Shown: piece by piece, positions 24,286 to 34,151 of the stretch
Position numbering within the stretch: the stretch's first letter is position 1
How the letters are laid out: the number at the start of each line of letters is the position of its first letter
NCBI GenBank assembly: GCA_963796965.1
Contig: CAWCNS010000007.1
Location: 910,598 to 974,597 of the forward strand
DNA: 64,000 nucleotides
Direction of reading: 5' to 3'
DNA from: Calditrichia bacterium
GTDB lineage: Bacteria > Calditrichota > Calditrichia > JAJRVZ01
The notes under the pieces: model-generated
Seen by the model: only the letters and a program-made list of their open reading frames with translations
Told to the model about the DNA's origin: nothing
Database searches by the model: none
Made by a program: the position numbers and the translations under genes

Positions 24286-24732
24286 ATGTCTAAATCTGAT
24301 AAATTAAAATCAAATCCTTTTGAACGATCCCAGCCTGTTACACAGGAATTTTTCGATATTCCACTTTTAGGAATGGTACGTGCTAGTGGTCCTACTTCCC
24401 CAAGCGGAGATTATAACCTAAATGATTTAGTATCAAATTTTCAAAACACCAATCAAAACTCTATTACCCTTCAGGTACTCGACAATGCAATGTCCAGGTC
24501 TGGCATTATCAAAGGCGACTATATAACCGTAGATTTACGTCTTCATCCTGGCAACGGGGATATTGTCGTTGTAAAATTAGGTGAGAAATTCTTTATCCGC
24601 CGATTTTTTCAGGAAAGTAACCGTATCCGTCTGGAAACCTCCGATGACTATCCTTCTTCTCTTGTAATAGAAACAAATACACCTGATTTTCATATTTTAG
24701 GCAAGGTACTTTCCCTCTCCCGACAATTCTAG
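24286..24732 (+). CDS. UmuD/LexA-CTD (S24)-like protein without DNA-binding domain, catalytic residues substituted
   Basis: IPLLGMVRASGP, LQVLDNAM, GDIVVV, FIRR, ILGKV align with LexA VPLVGHIAAGFP, LRVRGDSM, NDIVVA, TVKR, VQGKV. Confidence 0.75.
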   Translation: MSKSDKLKSNPFERSQPVTQEFFDIPLLGMVRASGPTSPSGDYNLNDLVSNFQNTNQNSITLQVLDNAMSRSGIIKGDYITVDLRLHPGNGDIVVVKLGEKFFIRRFFQESNRIRLETSDDYPSSLVIETNTPDFHILGKVLSLSRQF

Positions 24733-25192
24733 ATTTTGTTGAGAGTAGAGAGAAAAGTGTCGAGGTGAGCAGCGATTACATCGGGGTTTTCGACCAACAG
24801 GCTACCCGATTGGATCAATACAGTAACGACGCGATTTATCGCGTCGATTTATCAACAGAAAAAGAGGCATTGAATATACAAGGTTCATGTAGGGGCAAGA
24901 CCCGTGTGTCTGTCCTGAATATTCATCCGCCAACGAGATAGTATTAAATATCATTTAATTTCATTGCGAATGGTGAACAAGCTAAAATAATTTTCAGTTT
25001 TCAGTCTTAAATTTTCAATTTTCAGAGCGTCTTGCTTATAGCGTTTCACGACTGACTTTTGACGTTTGACCTTTCACATTTAACGTCTCACGTTTCACAT
25101 TTCACGTTTGACGTTTGGTTTATAGCATCGCACCTATAGCTCTCCTTCCTAAGCCCTCAAATCCCAACCCAAAATTATTTTTCACTTTTTCC

Positions 25193-25240
25193 TTGCACTT
25201 TCCTCCCCCCATACTTATATTTTGGTGTACGTGTGTACAC
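25193..25240 (+). promoter_or_regulatory. sigma70-like promoter with putative LexA operator GTGTAC-gtgt-GTACAC (25225-25240)
   Basis: TTGCAC(25193)-17 nt-TATATT(25216), followed by the palindrome. Confidence 0.8.
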
Positions 25241-25482
25241 TTTTAAAATAAAAAAGGTGTTTTTGGTGCTAAAATATGGAAACGTTGGTAAACAATTCCT
25301 GGGGTTGGTAGTATAAAAAGATAGAAACCAGAGACAAAGAAGAGTGACGAGCTAAAGTAATTTTCAATTTTCAGTCTTAAATTTTCAATTATCAGAACGT
25401 CTCACGTCTATCTTCTAGCGTTTCGACGTTTGACGTCTCACATTTCACGTTTGACGTTTCACTTTTGACAGGTAACACACAA

Positions 25483-25737
25483 ATGGTATATGAAGACATT
25501 TTTGAGCCAATAGAAGTCATCTCGCTTTTTAAAAGCGGTAAAATCAAGCCACTCCGTTTTAAATGGAACGGACGGGTATATAAAATTAACCGATTAAACG
25601 GACATTGGGTAAGTCCACAGGGATATAACAAACAATATCACTTTTCTCTGATGGCTGACACTCATGACCATTTCGAAATTATGTTTGATACTTCAAATTT
25701 CGAATGGCAGATTGCCCGTGTCTGTTTGGAGGGATAA
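25483..25737 (+). CDS. Small SOS-cassette protein (DUF6504-like)
   Basis: EPIEVISLF..G.IKPLRFKWNGRVYKI...HW pattern typical of small proteins beside TLS polymerases; family assignment from memory. Confidence 0.55.
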   Translation: MVYEDIFEPIEVISLFKSGKIKPLRFKWNGRVYKINRLNGHWVSPQGYNKQYHFSLMADTHDHFEIMFDTSNFEWQIARVCLEG

Positions 25738-25739
25738 AC

Positions 25740-26069
25740 ATGATGATGAATAATCCAGATTCACAGGTTTCAGAAGCTTTTGATTTGTTCCCGCAAATTC
25801 ATAGAAAGGAACGAAAGAAACCACAACAGCAGAAAAAGCGCGCTCTAAAACGCCTGCTCAGTGAGGTTATTTTGGGGCAGCGTTCTTTTCTCAAAATACA
25901 CAGCGATGCCTTACGGACAGATTTCTGGTTTGTCAACGAGGGTCTGGTTAATCCGGCAGATCAAATGTTTAACAGCAAAGTCATAACAATGGAAATGCTT
26001 GCAGAAATCATGACAGCCCGGCAACCGATCCTTCAAACCGTGGAAGAACTGTTCCGGGAAAACATATAA
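25740..26069 (+). CDS. Hypothetical protein
   Basis: 109-aa ORF starting 2 nt after the previous stop, with GGAGG upstream. Confidence 0.55.
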   Translation: MMMNNPDSQVSEAFDLFPQIHRKERKKPQQQKKRALKRLLSEVILGQRSFLKIHSDALRTDFWFVNEGLVNPADQMFNSKVITMEMLAEIMTARQPILQTVEELFRENI

Positions 26070-26111
26070 TGGAAACCGGAGGCAGGAAACTGGTGACCGG
26101 AACTGTAAAGG

Positions 26112-26430
26112 GTGGAGAGTAGAGCGTGTTTTAGAAGAGCGAAAAGAGAGGAGAATGTAGGGGCGGCCCGGTTGTAGACCCCGTTATACGGGGTGTGTCT
26201 GCCCTATAAATATTCAACAGTCAACGCGGAATAACCAAGTGAAATGTCAAACGGCAAACGTAAGACGTGGAGCGTAGAGGGTAAAGCGTAGAGTGAGAAA
26301 TATGTAAAGATTCAATGCATTGCGCCTCAATGAATATTCAACATCAACGCGGAATATTCTCCAAAGGAGTCTTTCGGACAATTTTCAATTACTCTACTTT
26401 TAGCATCTATCTTTTAGCGTTTGACGTTTC
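26112..26430 (+). repeat. Composite repeat, left copy (inverted partner at 29661-29972)
   Basis: 26192-26341 equals the reverse complement of 29706-29855 at 147/150 positions; looser homology continues on both sides. Confidence 0.9.
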
Positions 26431-26555
26431 ACGTTTGACTTTTGATGTCTCGCGTTTCACATTTGACCTTTCACATTTCACGTCTCACGTTTCACATTTC
26501 ACGTCTGACATTTTACACAATTAATCCAGTATCGAGAATCGAGTACCGAGATAAC

Positions 26556-27767
26556 ATGCGAACTATCATGCACATAGACGCGGATGCTTTTTTTGCATCT
26601 GTTGAACAGGGATTTAACCCGATGTTACGTAATCGTCCGGTTATCGTGGGGGGGACGGAACAACAAAGGGGTGTTGTACATACTGCCAGTTATGAGGCAC
26701 GCGCCTGCGGTATCAGGACCGGCATGGCCCTGATCCGGGCAAAACAGATCTGCCCCGAAGCGATATTTCTGAAAGGAAATTATCAACATTACCAGGCTAT
26801 CTCTCATTTTTTACAGGAAACCTATATAAAATACACACCAATTGTTGAATTTACCTCCCTTGATGATGCCTATTTGGATCTGACCGGCACATTCCATTTG
26901 CACCCTGAACCGGAGCAAATTGCCCGTAATATCCAGTTAGAAGTATGGAGGAAAGTGGGCGTTGGCCTCTCCATGGGAATCGGCAAAAACAAGGTAATTG
27001 CCAATATTGCCTCAGGGCTGCGGAAACCCAGGGGAATAATTCATGTGCCGGGAGGGACAGAAAAGGAATTTCTCGCACCACTTCCGGTCGACAACTTACC
27101 TGGTGTTGGTCGAATGGCGAAAGAAAAGTTAACCGATCTTGGTATTTTTACTGTCGGACAATTGGCCCAGTTCTCAAAACTGCTCCTTGAACAGCTTTTT
27201 GGGAAAAACGGCAAAAAGATTTGGGAATTAGCCAATGGACATGACCCGCGAGAAGTCAAACAACGCATTATTCCAAAACAGTTAAGCAGAGAAACCAGTT
27301 TCGAAGAGGATACGGCCGACATTGGAATCATTAAGGGAACCCTGCAATACCTGACAGAGCGCCTCGCAAAGAAACTCAGACAAGAGGGAATTATTTGCCA
27401 GACAGTACAGGTAAAAATACGCTACTCCGACTTTACAGGCAATAACCGTTCCCGCTCCCTCCCCTACCCCAGCGATGATAGTACGACATTATTCAAAATG
27501 GCCGACGGCCTTTTTGATGAAATCCGCTTAAAACGAGTTCGCATCCGACACATTGGTGTATCTGTAACGCAGATAACACCACTAAACTGGCAGGCCGCAT
27601 TATTTAATGACAAAAACCGGCAAGAATCTTTAAATACAATCATTGACGAAATTCGTGATAAATTCGGATTTATGGCAATTCTTCCCGCCGAAACAATCGA
27701 ATTAAAGAGAAAATATCGCATGGAACCCAATGGCTATGTTCTCCACAACCCGGCGTTGACACGTTAA
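26556..27767 (+). CDS. dinB: Second Y-family DNA polymerase (DinB-like)
   Basis: HIDADAFFASVEQ, SYEARA.G, SLDDAYLD, clamp-like QAALF, C-terminal IDEIRDKFG segment; start MRTIMH at 26556. Confidence 0.88.
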   Translation: MRTIMHIDADAFFASVEQGFNPMLRNRPVIVGGTEQQRGVVHTASYEARACGIRTGMALIRAKQICPEAIFLKGNYQHYQAISHFLQETYIKYTPIVEFTSLDDAYLDLTGTFHLHPEPEQIARNIQLEVWRKVGVGLSMGIGKNKVIANIASGLRKPRGIIHVPGGTEKEFLAPLPVDNLPGVGRMAKEKLTDLGIFTVGQLAQFSKLLLEQLFGKNGKKIWELANGHDPREVKQRIIPKQLSRETSFEEDTADIGIIKGTLQYLTERLAKKLRQEGIICQTVQVKIRYSDFTGNNRSRSLPYPSDDSTTLFKMADGLFDEIRLKRVRIRHIGVSVTQITPLNWQAALFNDKNRQESLNTIIDEIRDKFGFMAILPAETIELKRKYRMEPNGYVLHNPALTR

Positions 27768-27927
27768 TATACGTGGAGAGTAGAGCGTCTCACCTTTCAC
27801 ATTTGACATTTCACGTCTATTAAATTGCTCATTTCCCTAAATTTTGCTCCCAAGTCAATAATTACTTGAGTTAAATCAAATTCTTCTATAGATTTCGCGG
27901 AATCTAATCAAGAAAAATAGGAAAAAA

Positions 27928-28377
27928 ATGAAAACAGTAGAGATATTTACCGATGGTGCTTGTTCCGGGAATCCAGGTCCTGGCGGGTACGGCGTAATTC
28001 TGAGAAGCGATAATAAAATCAAAGAACTATCTGCCGGATATCGCCAAACAACAAATAATCGTATGGAGTTGAGAGCTGTAATAGCTGGATTAGAAGCATT
28101 AAAAGAGAAATGTGCCATAAAAATCTATTCAGATTCAAAGTATATCGTTGATGCCGTACAGCAAGGATGGGCAAGAAGATGGCAAAGAAATAACTGGTAC
28201 CGCAACAAAAAAGAGAAGGCGTTGAATCCTGATCTCTGGCAGAATTTATTGGATTTGATAGATCACCATCGCGTTGAATTCATCTGGGTAAAAGGACATG
28301 CCGGGCATGCTGAGAATGAACGTTGTGATGAATTAGCCGTTGCGGCTGCAGCCGGAGAAAATCTGCTCGAAGATTGA
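27928..28377 (+). CDS. rnhA: Ribonuclease HI
   Basis: FTDGACSGNPGPGG, TTNNRMEL, DSKY, WVKGHAGH.ENERCD. Confidence 0.96.
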   Translation: MKTVEIFTDGACSGNPGPGGYGVILRSDNKIKELSAGYRQTTNNRMELRAVIAGLEALKEKCAIKIYSDSKYIVDAVQQGWARRWQRNNWYRNKKEKALNPDLWQNLLDLIDHHRVEFIWVKGHAGHAENERCDELAVAAAAGENLLED

Positions 28378-28539
28378 TGATTTTCTTTGATATTAATCGT
28401 TAACAATGTATATTTTAAGCAAAAAACAACAACCACATACACAAAAATTCTGAGTATAATCTCTATCAATAAAGTGAAGCAGAAATCAAAGGAGAACCTC
28501 CTAAATTCTGCGACCTGGCTTTCTTAAGGTGCTCAATTA

Positions 28540-29658
28540 ATGCATAATTGCCTCATTATTCTTTTGTTTATCCTGGCCATTATTTTAAACAGTTGTACAA
28601 CACAGAGTAGTGCTATCAAAATTAACACTGTTCGTATTGAAGATGTAGGTGTATCAAAACTCTTTAATGGAAATTCTGATGTAAAAAATCTTCATGCTGA
28701 ATGGTATGGTGGTACCGTTGATCTATATTATGACCTGATAAATATTAATACGTCTCCTCAAAGACTTGCCTACCATGCAGAAGATGAGTATGCCTATGTT
28801 TACAAAACCCTAAATGCCGGAACAGCCACTGGTACTATTATTTCAGCTCCCGATAATTCAGAAATAAGTTGGGATGAGATATCTTCTCTTGAAGATTTTG
28901 AAGCAATTGATCTTGTTTTTGCCGTTTGGACTGACAAAGAAGATAAAAAATACCAGGATATGGTCTATATAACAGGTGGAAGTTTTCGGATGGGAAGTAA
29001 ATTCAATAAAGATGAAAAACCAAAACACCCTGTTACTGTAGATGGATATTATTTGGATAAGTATGAAGTAACAGTGAAACAATACAGAGCGTTTTGCCGG
29101 GCGACAAAACGTAACATGCCAAAACAACCCTATTGGAATAATGAGAATCACCCAGTGGTCAATGTAAAATGGACTGATGCAAATGCCTATGCAAAATGGA
29201 AAGGGAAACGCCTTCCTACAGAAGCAGAATGGGAATATGCTGCCCGGATTGGCAACCGAAAATTTTACTATGCCTGGGGCAATGTGAAACCGGCACGCCG
29301 AAGGGGCGGAAACATAGCCGATGAATCAATCCTGGCCGAAAAAAGAAATTGGAAAATCTGGAAGGGTTATAATGATGGGTTTGTCTACACTTCTCCTGTT
29401 GGCAGTTTTAACCCTAATCAATTTGGATTATTTGATATGACAGGTAATGTCTGCGAATGGTGTTCTGATTGGTATCAGGCAGATTATTACACAAATAGCC
29501 CCCAATTAAATCCCAAAGGGCCTAAAAAAGGTACCCACAGAGTTCTTCGAAGTGGCGCATGGAATATGGGCCCACGAAAGGTTTTAACTACAAAAAGATT
29601 TTACTTTCGCCCGGATGTAGAATTAAACTACGTTGGTTTTCGCTGCGCTAAAGATTAA
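28540..29658 (+). CDS. FGE-sulfatase (SUMF1) domain lipoprotein
   Basis: Lipobox LNSC; F.MGS; HPVVNVKW; RLPTEAEWEYAAR; GLFDMTGNV.EW; GFRCA. Confidence 0.88.
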   Translation: MHNCLIILLFILAIILNSCTTQSSAIKINTVRIEDVGVSKLFNGNSDVKNLHAEWYGGTVDLYYDLININTSPQRLAYHAEDEYAYVYKTLNAGTATGTIISAPDNSEISWDEISSLEDFEAIDLVFAVWTDKEDKKYQDMVYITGGSFRMGSKFNKDEKPKHPVTVDGYYLDKYEVTVKQYRAFCRATKRNMPKQPYWNNENHPVVNVKWTDANAYAKWKGKRLPTEAEWEYAARIGNRKFYYAWGNVKPARRRGGNIADESILAEKRNWKIWKGYNDGFVYTSPVGSFNPNQFGLFDMTGNVCEWCSDWYQADYYTNSPQLNPKGPKKGTHRVLRSGAWNMGPRKVLTTKRFYFRPDVELNYVGFRCAKD

Positions 29659-29660
29659 TC

Positions 29661-29972
29661 ATGTCAAACGTCAAACGCTAAAGCTAGATGCTAAAAGTAG
29701 AGTAATTGAATATTCATTGAGGCGCAATGCATTGATTCTTTACATATTTCTCACTCTACGCTTTACCCTCTACGCTCCACGTCTTACGTTTGCCGTTTGA
29801 CATTTCACTTGGTTATTCCGTGTTGACTATTGAATATTTATAGGGCAGACACACCGAATCGCGCCGCCTACATTCTCCCCTCACTTTTCTCCTAAACGCT
29901 CTACTCTCTGCGCCTATACTACTCTCCTCTCTCTTCTCTCTTCGCTCTACAAAATCACGCTCTACCCTCCAC
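29661..29972 (-). repeat. Composite repeat, right (inverted) copy
   Basis: Reverse complement of 26112-26430, lacking a roughly 45-bp insert present in the left copy. Confidence 0.9.
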
Positions 29973-29982
29973 GATTTTCCTA

Positions 29983-30028
29983 TTGACTTTAAATATTATT
30001 TTCGTAGATTAGGTGTACGTTTGTACAC
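29983..30028 (+). promoter_or_regulatory. dnaE2 promoter with putative LexA operator GTGTAC-gttt-GTACAC (30013-30028)
   Basis: TTGACT(29983)-16 nt-TAGATT(30005), then the palindrome 15 nt before the ATG. Confidence 0.8.
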
Positions 30029-30043
30029 TATTTTTAAGGATAT

Positions 30044-33000
30044 ATGAAAACCTTTATTCATCTACATACGCATAGTTATTTTAGTTTTCTTGATGGTATT
30101 TGCAGTCCGGAAGAGTTAATACTCAGGGCTAAAAAATCTGGTATGAAGACCATAGCTCTCACTGACCATAATGGTCTTTATGGCACCGTCGAATTTTACC
30201 AGAAAGCCAAGGAATTTGGTATAAAACCGATTATTGGTTCCGAAATTTCTCTTGGAAATGATGGCACACTTCTTTTTCTTGTAAAAAACGAGACGGGTTA
30301 TCGTAACCTCTCACAACTCATCTCAATTGCGCGTTTGAAGGGGGGACACCTTAAATTTAAATGTGGTTTATCAGAGATTCAGAAATACAAAGAAGGCCTT
30401 ATTGTACTCTCCGGCGGTCTTAAAGGTAAAATTACCAACCTTTTGAAATCGCGGGATATCACATCTGCTATCGAATGGAGCAAACGGTTGCAGAATATAT
30501 TTGAAGATAATTTTTACCTGGAAATGCAGCATTTCTCGGGACAAGACAATTTGTTAAATCTGCGTCTCCGGGATCTTTCTTTAGAACAAAAGATTCCCCT
30601 TGTAGCGACCAATGATGTACATTTTATAACGGCAAATGATTGGCCGCTTCGCCGCATCATGCATGCCATAGATCAAAACACAGTTTTAGAGCAGATCAAG
30701 ACAGCAGGCTATTCGGAGCAATATTTAAAATCTCCCGCTCAAATGCACGAGTTATTCAAGTCCTTTCCTACAGCACTTTCAAACAGTGCAAAAATAGGCC
30801 GGCAATGTAACTTTGAATTTCAGTTGGGCCGCCCCATATTTCCTTCTCTTGAATTGCCAGAGGGAGAAAGCAGTTTTTCATATTTATGGAAAAAGTGTTT
30901 TAAAGGGGCCACCCTCCGTTACCAACCTATCACACAAGAAGTGATCAAACGTCTCGAGTATGAGTTGAAAACAATTCATGAACTGGGCTTTAGTGAGTAT
31001 TTTCTTATTGTAAAGGAGATTGTTAATTATTGCCGCCAGGAAAACATTCCTTGTGTGGGGCGTGGATCGGCTGCTGACAGTCTGGTATCCTACGTTCTTG
31101 GTATCACCCAGGTAGATCCTTTACGCCATAATTTGTATTTTGAGAGGTTTCTTAACCCTCAGAGAAAAGAACCGCCCGACATCGATCTGGATCTTTGCTG
31201 GCGGAATCGCGACCGTGTATTAGAATTCGTCTACAAAAAATTTGGGTCCGACCGCGTTGCGATGATTTGCACCTATAATACGTTTCAAAACCGTTCTGCC
31301 ATCCGCGATGTGGCAAAAACATACGGGTTACCTGAGGATGAAATCGCTAAAATAACAAAGCACCTGCCCCACCATGCAATTGACCGGTTAGAATCTGTAA
31401 TCAACTCGCTTCCTGAACTTCGTGAAATACGTTATAACCTTCCGGTTTATGAAGAAATTATGCGCCTGGCGCAGAGAATAGCTGACTTTCCCCGCCATTT
31501 GTCAATCCATCCGGGTGGCGTGATTATCGCCCCGGATAAAATTACTCATTATACTCCCTTAGAAGTGGCCGGCAAAGGCCTAGTTATTTCTCAATACGAT
31601 ATGTATTCTATAGAAAAACTGGGTTTGGTTAAAATGGATTTACTCGGCGTTCGCTCCTTGAGTATCATTACTGATTGTATGAAATCTGTGAAAGAGAGGA
31701 GTCGTAATCATGAGCAACAAACCAGTCCAGAGCCGAAAGAAACTCTCAGAACAGCAAAAAACACTGACCGTCCTGATCTGCAGTTTTTGCTAAAAAACGC
31801 TGAAGAACTCTCCCCTCTTGATCTGCGCACTATTCCTGAAGATGATCCACAGGTTACTCAATTTATCCGCAGTGGTAATACCATGGGATGTTTCCAGTTG
31901 GAAAGTCCGGCCATGCGCGGGCTACTTAAAAAAATGCAAATACAAAATGTAAATGATGTCATTGCGGCCGTAGCTCTGATACGCCCAGGTGCGGCAGGAA
32001 GCGGCATGAAAGATGTCTATATCCGTCGAAGGGCAGGATTGGAAAAAACAACCTATCTCCACCCTACCCTTGCCCCAGCACTTGATGAGACATACGGTGT
32101 TATTATATATCAGGAGCAGGTTCTACGTGTTGCCCATTTTGTCGCTGGACTCACACTCAGTCAGGCCGATACCTTACGCCGGGCCATGACAAAATCGCGT
32201 ACAAAAAAAGAATTCATGTCGATTTATAAAGATTTTATAAATGGGGCTTTACTCGCGGTCTTAACAATGATCAGGCGGAAACCGTTTGGAAATTCCTTTC
32301 CCAGTTTGTCGGTTACGGATTTAATAAAGCCCATTCCGCAACTTATGGTACAATCGCCTATCAGACTGCATTCCTAAAATTTTATTTTCCTACCGAATAT
32401 ATGTGTGCCGTATTAAATAACCAGGGAGGATTTTATTCACGCATGGCCTATATCGAGGAAGCCCGCCGAATGGGGATATCATTATTACCACCGGATATCG
32501 GCCACTCCGATAAATACTTCACCTGTGAGGGGGGGGCCATTCGCACCGGCCTTGGTCCCGTCTTTGAACTTACTAATGCAACTATCAAAAAAGTCCTTCT
32601 GGAAAGATCCAAGCGACCATTCTCCAATCTTTTTGACTTCCTTGCCCGTACCGCAGCAGGTGAAAAAGAAACAGCCCATCTGATAAAAGCCGGTGCACTC
32701 CAATCACTTCATCCAAGTGCGCCTCAATTATTAGTTTTGAATAAAATATTTTTTAAAAACAAGAAAAAAAAAGTGATGACAGAATATGTCACAGCAGAAT
32801 TGGATCTTCCTCCTTATACACCCAATCAAAAAACTTTGAATGAAATGGAGATATTAGATTTTGGGGTTCAGGCTCACCCCATAACTCTGTTTGAAGATCA
32901 AATTGACTGGGCACTGATTACTTCTTCTAGTCAGATCGAGTATTTTAAAAACAAAACGATACAGATCTGCGGATGGCTGGTAACTTCCCGACGTGTACGT

Positions 33001-33270
33001 ACCAATAAAGACCAATATATGAAGTTTCTCACTCTCGAAGACAGACATGGACTTTGTGAGGTGGTGCTTTTTCCTGAAACTTATGAAAATTTCGGTCATC
33101 TTGTACGCACCCACGGTCCCTATATCATTACCGGTAAAGTCCAATCTCGTTTACCCGGAGAGGCGAATTTGATTGCAGAAAGAGTTGAGATTGTGATTCT
33201 GGGTAAGAGTGATTTAGAAGGTGTGCTGCAAAAAAAAACGCCACCCACCTGGGATGGCGTTTATGTTTAA
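30044..33270 (+). CDS. dnaE2: Error-prone DNA polymerase III alpha subunit (frameshift near 32250)
   Basis: PHP HLHTHS/TDHN/TNDVH; GRGSAA; PPDIDLD; shifted frame continues QFVGYGFNKAHS; OB-fold with LED; LexA-type box upstream. Confidence 0.85.
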
Positions 33271-33281
33271 AAATATCAGAA

Positions 33282-33514
33282 ACCGCAGAGATGCAAAGGA
33301 GGCGCAAAGTTCGCAAAGATTCAAAATTCTTGATCCACGAATTACACTAATTAAAACGAATTTGACGAATTATATTATGTAATTATAATTATTTCTATTA
33401 ATGATAAGAAAATAATAATTCTTATCAGGCGCTGCCTGATCCGGTGAAGCCAAATAATTCGTGGCCCATTTAATTCTTTTTTCTTTTGCTCTTATTCCTT
33501 GCGTGCTTGCGTTT
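33282..33514. repeat. Nested palindromic repeats (ACCGCAGAG/CGCAAAG...CTTGCG; inner CACGAA...TTCGTG)
   Basis: aaccgcagag-atgcaaag-gaggcgcaaag-ttcgcaaag versus cttgcgtgcttgcgttt; inner ccacgaatta versus taattcgtgg. Confidence 0.55.
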
Positions 33515-33525
33515 AAATAAAAAAA

Positions 33526-34113
33526 CTACTTTTGAATAAGTTCCACATTAATATTAATATCGACCTCTTTACTAATTAAGAATCCACCTGTTTCAAGGGC
33601 CTTATTGTAGGTTAAATTATAATCGTAGCGATCAATTGTGGTCCGCACCTTAAATCCTGCCCGTGTACCGCCCCAGGGATCTTTAATAACACCGGTTAAT
33701 GTTGCATCAAGAACGACATCTTTGGTAACACCATTCATTGAAAATTTGCCGGATATCTTATACTTCTTATCACCTACTTTCTCGAATGACGTGCTCTTAA
33801 AGGTTATTTCAGGATTTTTCTCAGCATCAAAGAAATCCGCAGAACGCAAGTGTTTATCGCGTTTTTCATTGTCAGTGAAAATACTGGCGGTTTTAATAAC
33901 AAGATTCACTTCACTACCGGAAAAATCATCGGAACTTGATGTAAAGGAACCATCAAATTCCTTGAAACGGCCTGTAACATCTGAGACAACCAAATGAGTA
34001 ATACTGAAACCAATGTTAGTATGGGCCAGATCATACTTCCATTCTGTCGCCTGCACAAAAACCGGTAAACTTAAAATCATTACCGTAAATAATGATAAAC
34101 TTAATCTTTTCAT
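33526..34113 (-). CDS. YceI family periplasmic protein
   Basis: Signal peptide; D.AHTNIGF.I.H; RDKHLRSADFFD; DPWGGTRAGF. Confidence 0.92.
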   Translation of the reverse strand: MKRLSLSLFTVMILSLPVFVQATEWKYDLAHTNIGFSITHLVVSDVTGRFKEFDGSFTSSSDDFSGSEVNLVIKTASIFTDNEKRDKHLRSADFFDAEKNPEITFKSTSFEKVGDKKYKISGKFSMNGVTKDVVLDATLTGVIKDPWGGTRAGFKVRTTIDRYDYNLTYNKALETGGFLISKEVDININVELIQK

Positions 34114-34151
34114 TCTAATCTCCTTAATTATTATTTGGTAGTGTAAAAAAC

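Noticed and set aside
24105..26515. Repeat tracts as a CRISPR array
   Set aside because: Units are contiguous 7-mers with no constant 23-47 bp repeat plus unique spacers, and there are no cas genes.
26442..26555. N-terminal extension of dinB2 in the ORF track (SRLTFHI repeats)
   Set aside because: It is read-through of heptamer repeats; the Y-family fold starts at MRTIMHID (26556).
26112..29972. Near-identical repeat pair as a DGR template/variable repeat, or as composite transposon ends
   Set aside because: Both copies are intergenic and inverted, there are only 3 mismatches, and no reverse transcriptase or transposase is present.
32240..32400. Programmed frameshift or natural split in dnaE2
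   Set aside because: No slippery heptamer or intein motifs are evident, and similar breaks occur throughout the window.
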